DNA from: Candidatus Zapsychrus exili | GTDB lineage: Bacteria > Omnitrophota > Gorgyraeia > Zapsychrales > Zapsychraceae | Direction of reading: 5' to 3' | Assembly (NCBI GenBank): GCA_030765585.1 | Contig: JAVCCJ010000069.1 | Coordinates: 1-46,158 of the forward strand | DNA: 46,158 nucleotides | Shown here: in pieces, positions 20,168 to 30,511 of the stretch | How the letters are laid out: each line of letters opens with the position of its first letter | Position numbering within the stretch: the first letter of the stretch is position 1 | Translations under genes and position numbers: made by a program | Notes under the pieces: generated by a model | What the model was told of the DNA's origin: nothing | Database searches by the model: none | What the model saw: the letters and a program-made list of their open reading frames with translations, nothing else

Positions 20168-20949
20168 TTTCTTTCTAAATAATTTAACCAAGCTTTATTA
20201 AGTCTTTTGAGATTATTAAATCTAGGATAAATAGATTCTAAAGTCCATTCAAAAGGACGACCTTTTTCTAACGCTCTGCAAAATCTAACAAATTTTAACT
20301 TACCTAAATCATTAATCATATAATTTACTATACTCGCAGATTCTGCATAAAAAAGATTTATAGTAGCCTGGTCTGTCTTTCTATACAATTTTAAATTTGT
20401 AAGTTCGTCTAGCGGTATAAATCTCTCATCATCTATTGCCTCTTTTACAGCCTTATGTGCGCCCCACCTTCTTGCTTTTTCCTGATACATTGCAATACCT
20501 TCTTCAAACCACTGCGGAGCCTCTGCTTTAAATCCTACAAACTCTCTAAATATAATATGACCTAATTCATGAGGAAGAACTGAATCAAAGAAACCATGCG
20601 CTGCAGGAAAAGTACGAATAGTTTTTGATTTAGCAAAAGCTAAACCATGCGACCACGGAGCACGCGTTGCAGCCTTTTTATAATCATCGGCGTCATTATA
20701 AATATAAATTTTTGCTCTTTCGTCCCAAGTCCAACCTTTATAACGAACAAAACCTAAATTTTTTGAGATCTCATCATAATACTCTTCTGCTGCCTCTTCT
20801 ACCGCATAAACAAACTCTTCAGGAGCTTCTTTATAATAAATAATAAAATGTCTTTTCTTGTATTCTTTCCAAACTCCTTTTGCAAAAGAAAATTTGCCTA
20901 TAAAAAATAATAATAAAACGATACATATTAATAAGATTTTCTTTTTCAT
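20164..20949 (-). CDS. Secreted zinc metallopeptidase (MA-like, HExxH)
   Basis: Signal peptide, LPHELGH, WFEEGIA, FYAES. Confidence 0.8.
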   Translation of the reverse strand: MKKKILLICIVLLLFFIGKFSFAKGVWKEYKKRHFIIYYKEAPEEFVYAVEEAAEEYYDEISKNLGFVRYKGWTWDERAKIYIYNDADDYKKAATRAPWSHGLAFAKSKTIRTFPAAHGFFDSVLPHELGHIIFREFVGFKAEAPQWFEEGIAMYQEKARRWGAHKAVKEAIDDERFIPLDELTNLKLYRKTDQATINLFYAESASIVNYMINDLGKLKFVRFCRALEKGRPFEWTLESIYPRFNNLKRLNKAWLNYLERK

Positions 20950-21950
20950 TTTACAAGTCCAATAATTTCCTTAGCCAAGTTATCTGCTGCATCAGAAAAA
21001 GATAACTCTTCAAATAATTGACTATATTTACCAAAAGAGGGTTGTCTGCTTATCATATCACATATATTTTCTACTAAAACTTGACTTCTTAAATTCTTTT
21101 CATCAATTAATTTAGCCAAATTTCTTGAAACCAATATATCTGCATTAGCCTTTTGATGGTTCTTTATTGCATGTGGATAAGGAATAAGGACTGAAGGCAA
21201 TTTAAAAAGCAAAACTTCAGATATTGTTGCAGCACCTGCGCGAGATACAACCAAGTCAGCTGCAGAATAAGCATATTCCATTTCATATAAAAATTTAGCT
21301 ATAAAGAATTTTACACCCAAAGTAGCGTACTTCTCCTTTAAAGCATCAAAATCTTCTTTGCCTGATAAATGAATTACCTGAATATCAAATTTACTTCTTA
21401 TTTCATTTACGGATTCAATAAATTCTAAATTAATACGCTTACTTCCTTGGCTTCCACCAACAACTAAAATAGTATACTTGTTATTATCCAATCCAAAATA
21501 TTCTAGAGCTTTTTGCCTGTCTATTGTATTCTTTATATTGGCCGGACATCCTGTTAAAACAGTCTTTTTCTCGTTAAAATACTTAAAACTATCTTTAAAG
21601 GTTACTGCAATTCTTTTAACTATCTTAGAGAGAACTTTATTCGCTCGTCCAGAAAGTACATTCTGTTCATGAATCATTGTTGGGATTCCTAGTAGTGATG
21701 CTAAAAATACAGGATAAAAAGATGCATATCCTCCAAACCCTAAGACAGCATCAGGTCTATACTCTATTAAAGTTTTAAATGACGAAAAAATCGGCTCTAT
21801 ATATCTTTTAAAAAATAAAAATTTAGTACCTTTCTTGACAGAGTGCCCAACAAGCAAAGTATCGCAACCTTTCTCTTTTAATTTCTCTTCAACTTTTAAA
21901 GCAGGAAAAAGATGACCACCTGTCCCTCATGCTGCTAAAATAATTTTCAT
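20946..21950 (-). CDS. murG: MurG glycosyltransferase; codon 8 reads TGA (probable GGA error or nonsense mutation)
   Basis: MKIILAA*GTGGHLFPAL is in frame with GFGGYAS, HEQN, GGSQG, SRAGA and HQKANA. Confidence 0.9.
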
Positions 21951-21956
21951 ACTTTC

Positions 21957-23054
21957 TTATTCTCCGTAAAGATCTTCTACTCTAGAAATATTAAGCAGTA
22001 ATCCCACTGCTACCATATTAAATACCAACGCAGAACCTCCATAGCTTATAAACGGTAGCGGTAGCCCCTTAGTAGGAAGCGCACCTATACTTACACCAAT
22101 ATTTATCATAGCCTGTAAGCCCAACATTAAAACAATTCCAATTCCTAAATAATACCCAAAAGGATCATTAGTACGTTTTACAATTCTTGCGCCTTGCCAA
22201 ATAAAAGCAATAAACAAAAACACAACAACCAATGTCCCCAATAGCCCTACTTCTTCTCCAATAATTGATAATATAAAATCAGTATGCGCAGCCGGAAGAT
22301 AAAATAATTTTTGTACACTTTTTCCTAAGCCGACGCCAAGTATTCCTCCTGACCCTAAAGCAATTTGTGATTGAGACAATTGAAAGCCCGATCCTAAACT
22401 ATCTTTCCAAGGATCTATAAAAGCGACGATTCTTCTTAAACGATACGGGACCTTAACTACCAAGAAATATAAAGCAGGCACTAATAATGTCATCAAAACA
22501 GCCATATATGATGTTTTTATCCCCGATATAAACATCATAATCAAAACTATACTTGCTATTAAGACCGAGTTTCCCAAATCTGGCTGCTTAACAACCAAAA
22601 GACAAACCACACCTAATACTAAAATAGGAGGAACAAATCCAACCCAAAATCTTGTTATCTTGCTTTGTTTTCTCGACAAGAAATCTGCAACATAGATTAA
22701 GGTAGTTAATTTTGCAAATTCAGAAGGCTGAAAACTAAATGGTCCAACCTTAAACCAACGCCTTGCGCCAAAACTTGCTTTGCCAATGCTAGGAATAAGA
22801 ACTAAAGCAAGTAAAAGAATTGTAAAAAGCATTAGAGGTTTTGAAAATCTCTTAAGCTCCCTATAATCAAAAAACATCGTAAAGCCCATCAAAACAAAAC
22901 CAAAACATAAAAACAAAATATGTCTATTTAAGAAATAAGAGCTATCTCCTATTTCTTTAAGAGCATAAATTCCACTTGAGCTATAAATCATTGTAATGCC
23001 AATACTAATAAGGCAAGCAACAATAGCTGCAATAGATATCCTAATATTTCTCAC
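21957..23054 (-). CDS. ftsW: SEDS peptidoglycan polymerase FtsW
   Basis: GARRW, QPSEFAK, QPDLG, LPAAHTDFI, LPFISYGGS. Confidence 0.95.
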   Translation of the reverse strand: MRNIRISIAAIVACLISIGITMIYSSSGIYALKEIGDSSYFLNRHILFLCFGFVLMGFTMFFDYRELKRFSKPLMLFTILLLALVLIPSIGKASFGARRWFKVGPFSFQPSEFAKLTTLIYVADFLSRKQSKITRFWVGFVPPILVLGVVCLLVVKQPDLGNSVLIASIVLIMMFISGIKTSYMAVLMTLLVPALYFLVVKVPYRLRRIVAFIDPWKDSLGSGFQLSQSQIALGSGGILGVGLGKSVQKLFYLPAAHTDFILSIIGEEVGLLGTLVVVFLFIAFIWQGARIVKRTNDPFGYYLGIGIVLMLGLQAMINIGVSIGALPTKGLPLPFISYGGSALVFNMVAVGLLLNISRVEDLYGE

Positions 23055-23057
23055 GCA

Positions 23058-24344
23058 TTAAACCTTTATCTTGTTTACTATTTCCTTAAAAACTCTGCCT
23101 CTATGTTCAAAATTATCAAACATATCAAAACTTGCGCACATAGGACTTAGCAAGACCACATCACCTTCTGATGCACTATCTAAAGACTTTTTGACCGCAT
23201 CTTCTAAGCTGTCACAATCTACCACTTCTACAACATCAGAAAATGTATCTATTAACTTTTCTTTCGCCTCTCCAATTACAAACATTTTCTTAACACAATC
23301 TTTGACCAAATCTTTTAATGGATTAAAATCAATATTTTTATCTCTACCGCCTGCTATCATCAAAATTGGTTTAGCTGTATTATTTAATGCCCAGCGACCA
23401 GACTCAGCGGTAGTTGCCTTTGAATCATTTATAAAATCAACTCCAGATATAGTTCTTGTCAGCTCTAATCTGTGTTCAACTCCTTTAAAATTTTTAAAGA
23501 CTTCTATGCAAACTTGCCCTTCTATATTAAGCGTCTCTGCAACCCTTAACACAGCCAAATGATTAGGATTTTTAACATCTAGAAAATGATCATTAAAATA
23601 TACAACTTTTGATTTTATTTCAGATTCTAAGGCTTTTAGCCTTTCATCTTTAAAATTCAATACTGCAAAATCTTGCGTGTCTTGATTGAGAAAAATTTGC
23701 TTCTTTGCATTAAAATACTCATTTAAATCTTTATGTCTATCTAAATGGTTCTGATTAAAATTCAAAAACACAGAAATATACGGTTTAAAACCTTTTATAC
23801 AATCTTTAGTTGGATTTAAAGAAAGAGACTCCAATTGAAACGAACTTACTTCAAGAACTATAAAATTTTTAGTCTCTGGATCTAATACATGGCTAGAAAA
23901 AGGCGATCCCACATTGCCGCAAAGACAAGCTTTATAACCAGCCTCGACTAAAACTTCACTTATCAAAGTAGATACTGTTGTCTTTCCATTACTACCAGTT
24001 ATTGCAATAATTGGTTTCTGACAAAACTGATATGCAAATTCTATCTCACCTAAAACCAAGATATCTTTATCCCTTGCCCACTTAACAACATCAGAGTCAA
24101 AACGAACTCCTGGACTCAACACAACTAGGTCACTATCCTCTATAAATTCTTTTGTGTGTTCACCTTCCTCTAGAGAAATATCATTCTCTTTAATCCAATC
24201 TCTTGTATCTTTATCTAAAAATGGACTTATTGCTTTATCTGTTATTTTAACAACTGCACAAAAATTATTTGCAAGATAGGCTGACGCTATACCACTTTTT
24301 TGAGCTCCTATAATTGTTACTCTTTTATTAGCTATATCCAACAT
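23058..24344 (-). CDS. murD: UDP-MurNAc-L-Ala-D-Glu ligase
   Basis: ITGSNGKTT, LEVSSFQLE, HLDRH, INDSKAT, LSPMCASFD. Confidence 0.95.
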   Translation of the reverse strand: MLDIANKRVTIIGAQKSGIASAYLANNFCAVVKITDKAISPFLDKDTRDWIKENDISLEEGEHTKEFIEDSDLVVLSPGVRFDSDVVKWARDKDILVLGEIEFAYQFCQKPIIAITGSNGKTTVSTLISEVLVEAGYKACLCGNVGSPFSSHVLDPETKNFIVLEVSSFQLESLSLNPTKDCIKGFKPYISVFLNFNQNHLDRHKDLNEYFNAKKQIFLNQDTQDFAVLNFKDERLKALESEIKSKVVYFNDHFLDVKNPNHLAVLRVAETLNIEGQVCIEVFKNFKGVEHRLELTRTISGVDFINDSKATTAESGRWALNNTAKPILMIAGGRDKNIDFNPLKDLVKDCVKKMFVIGEAKEKLIDTFSDVVEVVDCDSLEDAVKKSLDSASEGDVVLLSPMCASFDMFDNFEHRGRVFKEIVNKIKV

Positions 24345-24350
24345 ATTTTA

Positions 24351-25436
24351 CTATCGAATCTTAAGCGTCATTAAGGCTATAGTGGCAAGAATTATTGCTA
24401 ATATCCAAAAGCGAATAATAATCTTGGACTCTTTCCAGCCTGACAATTGTAGATGATGATGAAGCGGAGAAACTTTAAATATTTTCTTACCTCGAGTCTT
24501 CACAGATAAAATCTGCAGTATTACAGACAAACATTCAATAACAAAAACTCCCCCAATAATAACCAAAAGAAGCTCTTTCTTTATCATAATAGCTATTATG
24601 CCAAGTGTTCCACCTAGTGGCAAAGAACCTACGTCACCCATAAAAATGGTAGCAGGATGACAGTTAAACCACAGAAATCCTAAGCTTGCGCCTACTATTG
24701 CAATGCAAAATATCGACAATTCTCCAGCTCCAGATATAAAAGGTATAAAAAGATACTCACTAAAATTAATGTGGCCAGTAATATAGCTCAATATAGCCAA
24801 CGCCATGCCCAAAATCATAACACAACCTATCGCAAGGCCATCTAATCCATCTGTTAAGTTAACAGCATTGGATGTGCCAATCACAACAATTGCAATAAAC
24901 GGAATATAAAATATCCCTAAATCTAAAATTAAATGTTTAAAAAATGGAAAGCTTAACTTTGTTGAAGTGTCTGGATTAAAATATACATACGATCCTATAA
25001 AACAACCTAACATTATTTGCCAAATTAATTTGGTACGTATCTTAAGGCCTCTTTGGCCTTTTCTTTTAAGTTTAATATAGTCATCAATAAAGCCCAACAC
25101 AGTTAGCCAGAGACAAGTAAAGATGGCAAGAAGAATATATCTATTACTTAAATCAGCCCACAGTAAAACTGATATCAAAATACTTCCTATAACAAAAAGT
25201 CCTCCCATTGTAGGAGTTCCTTCTTTAGGCTCATTAAATTTATCTAAATCAGGACAATCTTCTCTTTTTGCTATTTCTTGTATCTTATGTCCTTTTAGCT
25301 TACGTATAAAAAATGGTCCGAAAATCAAACAGATAAAAAAAGTTGTTATTCCAGCCATTGCTGCGCGGAAGGTTATATAGCGAAAAATATTAAGGCCAAA
25401 AAATACATCTTTAAATTGTGACAAATAATAAAACAT
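24351..25436 (-). CDS. mraY: Phospho-MurNAc-pentapeptide transferase
   Basis: GTPTMGG, DDYIK, NAVNLTDGLDGL, FMGDVGS, PLHHH. Confidence 0.96.
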   Translation of the reverse strand: MFYYLSQFKDVFFGLNIFRYITFRAAMAGITTFFICLIFGPFFIRKLKGHKIQEIAKREDCPDLDKFNEPKEGTPTMGGLFVIGSILISVLLWADLSNRYILLAIFTCLWLTVLGFIDDYIKLKRKGQRGLKIRTKLIWQIMLGCFIGSYVYFNPDTSTKLSFPFFKHLILDLGIFYIPFIAIVVIGTSNAVNLTDGLDGLAIGCVMILGMALAILSYITGHINFSEYLFIPFISGAGELSIFCIAIVGASLGFLWFNCHPATIFMGDVGSLPLGGTLGIIAIMIKKELLLVIIGGVFVIECLSVILQILSVKTRGKKIFKVSPLHHHLQLSGWKESKIIIRFWILAIILATIALMTLKIR

Positions 25437-25448
25437 TTATTTCTTTCC

Positions 25449-26807
25449 TCACTTTACTTTCATCAAGAATTCTACTATTCTTTCCATTTTCATTGCTCGA
25501 GAACCTTTAACCAATATTACATCGCCCTTAGAACATTCTTTCTTCAGTATTTTCTTTATACCAGATACTGTCGCCTCATGATAAATTATAATACGAGACT
25601 GCATCTTAAGAGCTTTATTTATTTGTTTAGAATGCTTACCTGTTGTAATAAGAATATCTATATCAGACTTGGATATTTGCTTACCCGCAAGCTCATGAAG
25701 AGCCGCTGACCTCTTCCCTAATTCTAGCATATCAGCGCATACAAATATCTTCTTACCGCGAGTTTTAAAAGAAGACAAAGTATCAACAGCACTTTTTAAT
25801 GATACTGGATTAGAATTATAAGTATCGTCAATTATGCAAAGTCCGCTCTTTTTTACAATCTTTTGACGGCCAGCACAAAGCTTTAATGCTTTTGAATTAA
25901 TATTAATATTATTATAGCTAATATTAAACAATCGGCCACAACAAATTGCAGCTAATGCATTGTATATATTGTGTTGTGCTAACTCGTTTAAAGAAAAGCT
26001 TTTAGAACTCACGTTAAAAGATAATTTACGATTATCTTTGATTTGTATATTATGTGCCTTATAATCGGCGTCATTATTAATCCCGTAAGAGATAATATTT
26101 TGGGTTATCTCCTTATCACATATTTTGCTTAAATACTTATCATCAGAATTTAATATTACGATTCCATTCTTCTTCGCATTCTTAATAAGTTTAAACTTTT
26201 CGTTAAAAACACCTGTCGTTGTTTTCAACTTCTCTAAATGCGACTCGCCTATATTTGTAAATATACAGACATCTGGCTTTGCAATCCTGCTTAAATAACT
26301 AATATCTCCAGGAGAATTTGTTCCTACTTCAAGCACAATAACTTGATGAGACTTATTGGCAGCAAGTAGAGTTAACGGAAGGCCAAATTGATTATTCTCT
26401 GATTTTTTATTTTTCAACACTTTGCATTTTAAGGATAAAACAGATGCTATCATTTCTTTTGTCGTTGTTTTACCTGTACTACCTGTTACAGCTATAACAG
26501 GTATATTAAATTTGCTTCTATAGAAACGCGCTATTTGACCCAATGCAATTGTAGTATCTTTAACGAGAATGGCTTTAAGACACTTCTTAAAACAAGCTTT
26601 TTGAGATACAATGCAACAACTAGCTCCTTTTCTAAGAGCTGAACCTACAAAATTATGTCCGTCGTAATTTTTACCTTTTATGGCAATAAACAAATCTCCC
26701 TTTTTTATCTTTCTAGAATCTATAGACACACCTTTAATATTCAAAGGCTTATCTAGCTTTGACGATATCGGTTTTATTGTTTTTATAATTTCAGCTGCTG
26801 TTAACAT
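25449..26807 (-). CDS. murF: UDP-MurNAc-tripeptide-D-Ala-D-Ala ligase
   Basis: SIDSR, VTGSTGKTTTKE, DDTYNSNP, MLELG, KGSR; ATG at 26807 with GGAG RBS. Confidence 0.94.
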   Translation of the reverse strand: MLTAAEIIKTIKPISSKLDKPLNIKGVSIDSRKIKKGDLFIAIKGKNYDGHNFVGSALRKGASCCIVSQKACFKKCLKAILVKDTTIALGQIARFYRSKFNIPVIAVTGSTGKTTTKEMIASVLSLKCKVLKNKKSENNQFGLPLTLLAANKSHQVIVLEVGTNSPGDISYLSRIAKPDVCIFTNIGESHLEKLKTTTGVFNEKFKLIKNAKKNGIVILNSDDKYLSKICDKEITQNIISYGINNDADYKAHNIQIKDNRKLSFNVSSKSFSLNELAQHNIYNALAAICCGRLFNISYNNININSKALKLCAGRQKIVKKSGLCIIDDTYNSNPVSLKSAVDTLSSFKTRGKKIFVCADMLELGKRSAALHELAGKQISKSDIDILITTGKHSKQINKALKMQSRIIIYHEATVSGIKKILKKECSKGDVILVKGSRAMKMERIVEFLMKVK

Positions 26808-28257
26808 CAAAATATTCTCCAACAATCTTTCTCTCATCAAAATCTTTTTTTCCATCCTTTAATATTTGATATGTTTCATGCCCCTTACCAGCAAGAACAA
26901 CAATGCTGTCTTTATCGGCTTTTTCTAAAGCCTTATGTATTGCCTCTTTTCTATCTACAATAACCTCATAATTATCTTTTTTAAAACCAACTATAATATC
27001 ATCAATAATGCTTTCAGAATCCTCTGATCTTGAATTGTCGCTTGTGACAATAGAAAAGTCAGCTAGCCTGCAAGCTACTTCCGCCATCTGAGACCTTTTT
27101 GTTTTATCCCTATCTCCTCCACAACCAAAAACCAAAATGACCTTAGACTCACTAATTTCTTTAATAGCCTTTAAGATATTAAGAAGTGCATCACGAGTAT
27201 GAGCATAATCAATTATAACTGAATACTCTTGTCTACAGTTAATAACCTCAAGCCTTCCAGGGATTACTTTAAGATTTTCTATTCCTGTTTTTATATCATT
27301 TATATTTATCCCTTCAGAAAGACCAAAAGAAATAGCAGCTAAAACATTATATACATTATGATTTCCTATCAAATTAGTCTCTATTTCAGTCTCTATGCCA
27401 TGCGCAATAAGCTTAAACTTTGTATGAGACATATTAAGCTCAATATTTTCTGCCTTTATATCAGCATCGTTTTCAATACCATAAGTAAGCGTTTTAGACT
27501 GCACTATTTCTATAAGTTTACCTGCATAAGAATCATCTATATTTATAATTGCTGTCGAATTTTCTGGAAGACTAGTGAATAATTTAGATTTTGCTAAGAA
27601 ATAATTTTCCATACTATTATGATAATCAAGATGATCGCCTGTTAAATTAGTAAAGATCGCTTGTTTAAAATTAATTAAATCAACCCGACCTTGATCAAGC
27701 CCATGAGATGAAGCCTCCATTACGCAATATTTAATTTTACGGCTTTGCAGCTCTGATAAAAATTTATGATTATCTATAAAACTTGGGGTTGTATTTCCAA
27801 AATAAAACGCATCTCCCCCTGCTCTTGCATTAATGGTTCCAACAACACCGCAACTTAAGCCTGCTGCTTTTAAAACAGATTCAATTAAATAAGTTATTGT
27901 AGTCTTTCCATTTGTTCCTGTTATTCCAACCACATTTACATCGCTATGTTTACTTACATAAAAACGTTCAACTATATCTCTTAAAAACTTAGCAATATCG
28001 TCTACAATTAAAAAGCAAACATTATCATAAGAATCCCTCTTAAACTCTTTATTTTCTGTGGCTACAATTGATGCCCCATTGTTTATTGCATCAGCAATGA
28101 AATCTTCTCCATTAGAGGTCTGACCCTTAAGTGCAACAAAAAAACTACCCGCCTCAACCGTCCTTGAGTCACAACTTAAAGATTGTATATCGAGGGATTT
28201 AAAACAATCCTCTATACCCTCGCTATGAATTCCTTTTAATAATTGTTCTAATTTCAT
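26791..28257 (-). CDS. murE: UDP-MurNAc-dipeptide-diaminopimelate ligase
   Basis: GITGTNGKTT, MEASSHGL, DHLDYH, DYAHT, GCGGDRD, DNSR, GKGHE. Confidence 0.95.
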   Translation of the reverse strand: MKLEQLLKGIHSEGIEDCFKSLDIQSLSCDSRTVEAGSFFVALKGQTSNGEDFIADAINNGASIVATENKEFKRDSYDNVCFLIVDDIAKFLRDIVERFYVSKHSDVNVVGITGTNGKTTITYLIESVLKAAGLSCGVVGTINARAGGDAFYFGNTTPSFIDNHKFLSELQSRKIKYCVMEASSHGLDQGRVDLINFKQAIFTNLTGDHLDYHNSMENYFLAKSKLFTSLPENSTAIINIDDSYAGKLIEIVQSKTLTYGIENDADIKAENIELNMSHTKFKLIAHGIETEIETNLIGNHNVYNVLAAISFGLSEGININDIKTGIENLKVIPGRLEVINCRQEYSVIIDYAHTRDALLNILKAIKEISESKVILVFGCGGDRDKTKRSQMAEVACRLADFSIVTSDNSRSEDSESIIDDIIVGFKKDNYEVIVDRKEAIHKALEKADKDSIVVLAGKGHETYQILKDGKKDFDERKIVGEYFDVNSS

Positions 28258-28298
28258 GAAATAGGCTCGCTTATAATTTTGATAGCTCGCAACTATTT

Positions 28299-28379
28299 GA
28301 TTACACGGATTTTAAAAAACGATTGCACAGATTAAACTATTTCTTTAATCGTTGTAATCTATTTTTAATCAATGTAATC
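28299..28379. repeat. Gene-less palindromic element: 2 x GATTRCACNGATT plus 2 inverted copies
   Basis: Units at 28299-28311 and 28321-28333; inverted units at 28347-28359 and 28367-28379. Confidence 0.85.
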
Positions 28380-28414
28380 AGGTTCTTTCTTCTCCAATTT
28401 AATTCAAAAAGAAC

Positions 28415-30085
28415 CTAATTTTTTAAATACCTTAAAATATTTTCAATGACTTCCTTAAAAACAGGCGCTGCAACAGTTCCGCCAAAATAACTTGGCCTTG
28501 GATCATCAAAAACTACTATTGCCGCTAATTGTGGATCCTCGGCTGGTGCAAAACCAATAAAACTTGAATAATATCTATTATGAGAATACGTTCCATTTAT
28601 AACTTTTTGAGCAGTACCTGTTTTTCCTCCCACACTAACACCTTTAATGCGTGCTTTCTTAGCTGTGCCACGTTCAACAACTCCAACTAATATATCCTTT
28701 GCTCTTTGTGCTGTATTCAAACTTATTATTCTACTTATAACCTCAGGTTCGAAAGATTTTACAATCTCTTCTTTGCTATCCATTATACCCTTTACAACAA
28801 ATGGTCGCATATAAACTCCATCATTTGCAATAGCACCTATAGCACAAACAAGTTGCAAGGGAGTAGTTGTTACTTCATGGCCTATGGGAATAGCTCCTAT
28901 TGAGGTGCCTGACCACACCTTAGGGCTCTTAAATACCCCTGCTACTTCTCCTCCTAAATCTACACCTGTCTTTTCACCAAAACGAAATCTTTTTCCATAC
29001 TTGTAAATAGTTCGCGCGCCAAGTTTTTGTGCAACTTTAGTAACACCAATATTACTTGATAACTCAAAGACTTCTTGAAAAGTTAACATTCCGTGAGGAT
29101 GAGAATCATGCAATGTATGGTTTGCAACTCTGTACTTTCCATCTTCGCAAAATATCCTATCGGTTTCAGAAAACATTTCTTCTTCTAAAGCAGCTGAAAG
29201 AGCCACTATTTTAAAAACAGAACCTGGTTCATAGACAAAACTTATTGCTCTGTTTGTTCTATCTTCTACACTGCTCTTATTTATATCTTTTAAATTGTAT
29301 GTAGGTCTATTAACTAGGGCTAGAATCTCTCCAGTCTTAGGATTTATAACTATAATACTAGCAGACTTTGCATTATTGCGATCCATCGCTTTATCTAAAG
29401 CTCGCTCAGCAATATATTGAATTGTTTCATCTATCGTAAGGACAATGTGTGCTCCATGCTTTGGTGGAATAAAACTATCTTCAGTCATGAGTTCTCTTCG
29501 TTTCGCGTCTCTTAGAACTCTCATTCTTCCAGGCTCACCTTTTAACTCATTATTATATGCTAATTCAAGACCCTCTAAGCCATTATTATCCATTCCCGCA
29601 AAACCTATCAAATGTGAAGCTAGACTGCCATTAGGATAGAATCGTTTACTTTCTCTTTTAAACCCTAGGCCTCTTATTTTTCTTTCTTTTATTTTATCAA
29701 CTAAATCAGAAGAAAGTTTTCGTTTAATCCAAACAAAATATTTATCCTTTTCTAATTTAGTTTTAATTTTGTCAGGATCCATATTAAAAAACCCTGATAG
29801 ATATTGCACTGCCTGCTCCTTATCACTCTGTTTCATAGATTTTGGATTTGCAAAAAGAGAATAGACAGCTACATTAAAAGCTAGCGGACGCAATTTACTA
29901 TCATATATAGATCCCCTTATGGGCTCTATGTCTACTAAATAATTATGTTGTTGTTCTGCCAGAGAAGCTAAATGAGATGACTTAAATATTTGTATTAATA
30001 CTAATTTTATAGAAAAAGCAATAAGACAAGTAATAATAAAAATAAAAATTAGACTAAATCTAAGTACATATTTTCTTATTTGCAC
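28415..30085 (-). CDS. ftsI: Class B penicillin-binding protein FtsI/PBP3
   Basis: RGSIYD, RFYP, GLEG, EPGSVFK (SxxK), SSN, KTGTAQ. Confidence 0.93.
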   Translation of the reverse strand: MQIRKYVLRFSLIFIFIITCLIAFSIKLVLIQIFKSSHLASLAEQQHNYLVDIEPIRGSIYDSKLRPLAFNVAVYSLFANPKSMKQSDKEQAVQYLSGFFNMDPDKIKTKLEKDKYFVWIKRKLSSDLVDKIKERKIRGLGFKRESKRFYPNGSLASHLIGFAGMDNNGLEGLELAYNNELKGEPGRMRVLRDAKRRELMTEDSFIPPKHGAHIVLTIDETIQYIAERALDKAMDRNNAKSASIIVINPKTGEILALVNRPTYNLKDINKSSVEDRTNRAISFVYEPGSVFKIVALSAALEEEMFSETDRIFCEDGKYRVANHTLHDSHPHGMLTFQEVFELSSNIGVTKVAQKLGARTIYKYGKRFRFGEKTGVDLGGEVAGVFKSPKVWSGTSIGAIPIGHEVTTTPLQLVCAIGAIANDGVYMRPFVVKGIMDSKEEIVKSFEPEVISRIISLNTAQRAKDILVGVVERGTAKKARIKGVSVGGKTGTAQKVINGTYSHNRYYSSFIGFAPAEDPQLAAIVVFDDPRPSYFGGTVAAPVFKEVIENILRYLKN

Positions 30086-30124
30086 TTTATCTGTTCTTTG
30101 ATTAAGGTTGATTAAAGAATTTAC

Positions 30125-30505
30125 TTACTTACGCTTGCTAGATTTCTTTGAATTTAGCGATAACAAATTTAAAAAAGCATTAGCTCTTTGAACAAGCTCG
30201 GGTCGCTTTTTAGATTTATTTTTTGAGCGAAATTCTTTTAGAGTCGGAATACGAACAATGTCTTCAGGATCAACAAAATGCATATCTGAATCTTCAGAAA
30301 GCATCTTAATTCCCAAATTATTGGCCGACTTTAAGGTAAGAATATTATATGTTACATTTCCATTTTCTTCAATAAGCTTTCTAATTTGCTTTTCTTTGTC
30401 TTTTCCGCGATATGCAAGGTCTGTAATCTTCATCTGCATATGAGTATATACTAGAGCCAACATAGTTATCACACCTATGACTTTTAATAGTCTAACTAAT
30501 CTCAT
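30125..30505 (-). CDS. ftsL: FtsL-like bitopic coiled-coil protein
   Basis: N-terminal TM plus coiled coil, between rsmH and ftsI. Confidence 0.65.
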   Translation of the reverse strand: MRLVRLLKVIGVITMLALVYTHMQMKITDLAYRGKDKEKQIRKLIEENGNVTYNILTLKSANNLGIKMLSEDSDMHFVDPEDIVRIPTLKEFRSKNKSKKRPELVQRANAFLNLLSLNSKKSSKRK

Positions 30506-30511
30506 AAAAAG

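Noticed and set aside
3436..21929. TGA recoded as Gly (genetic code 25) or Trp, suggested by in-frame TGAs in murG and the giant gene
   Set aside because: TGA is a genuine stop elsewhere (ATGA overlaps at 20164 and 20946, murF end at 25449), and dozens of long genes have no internal TGA.
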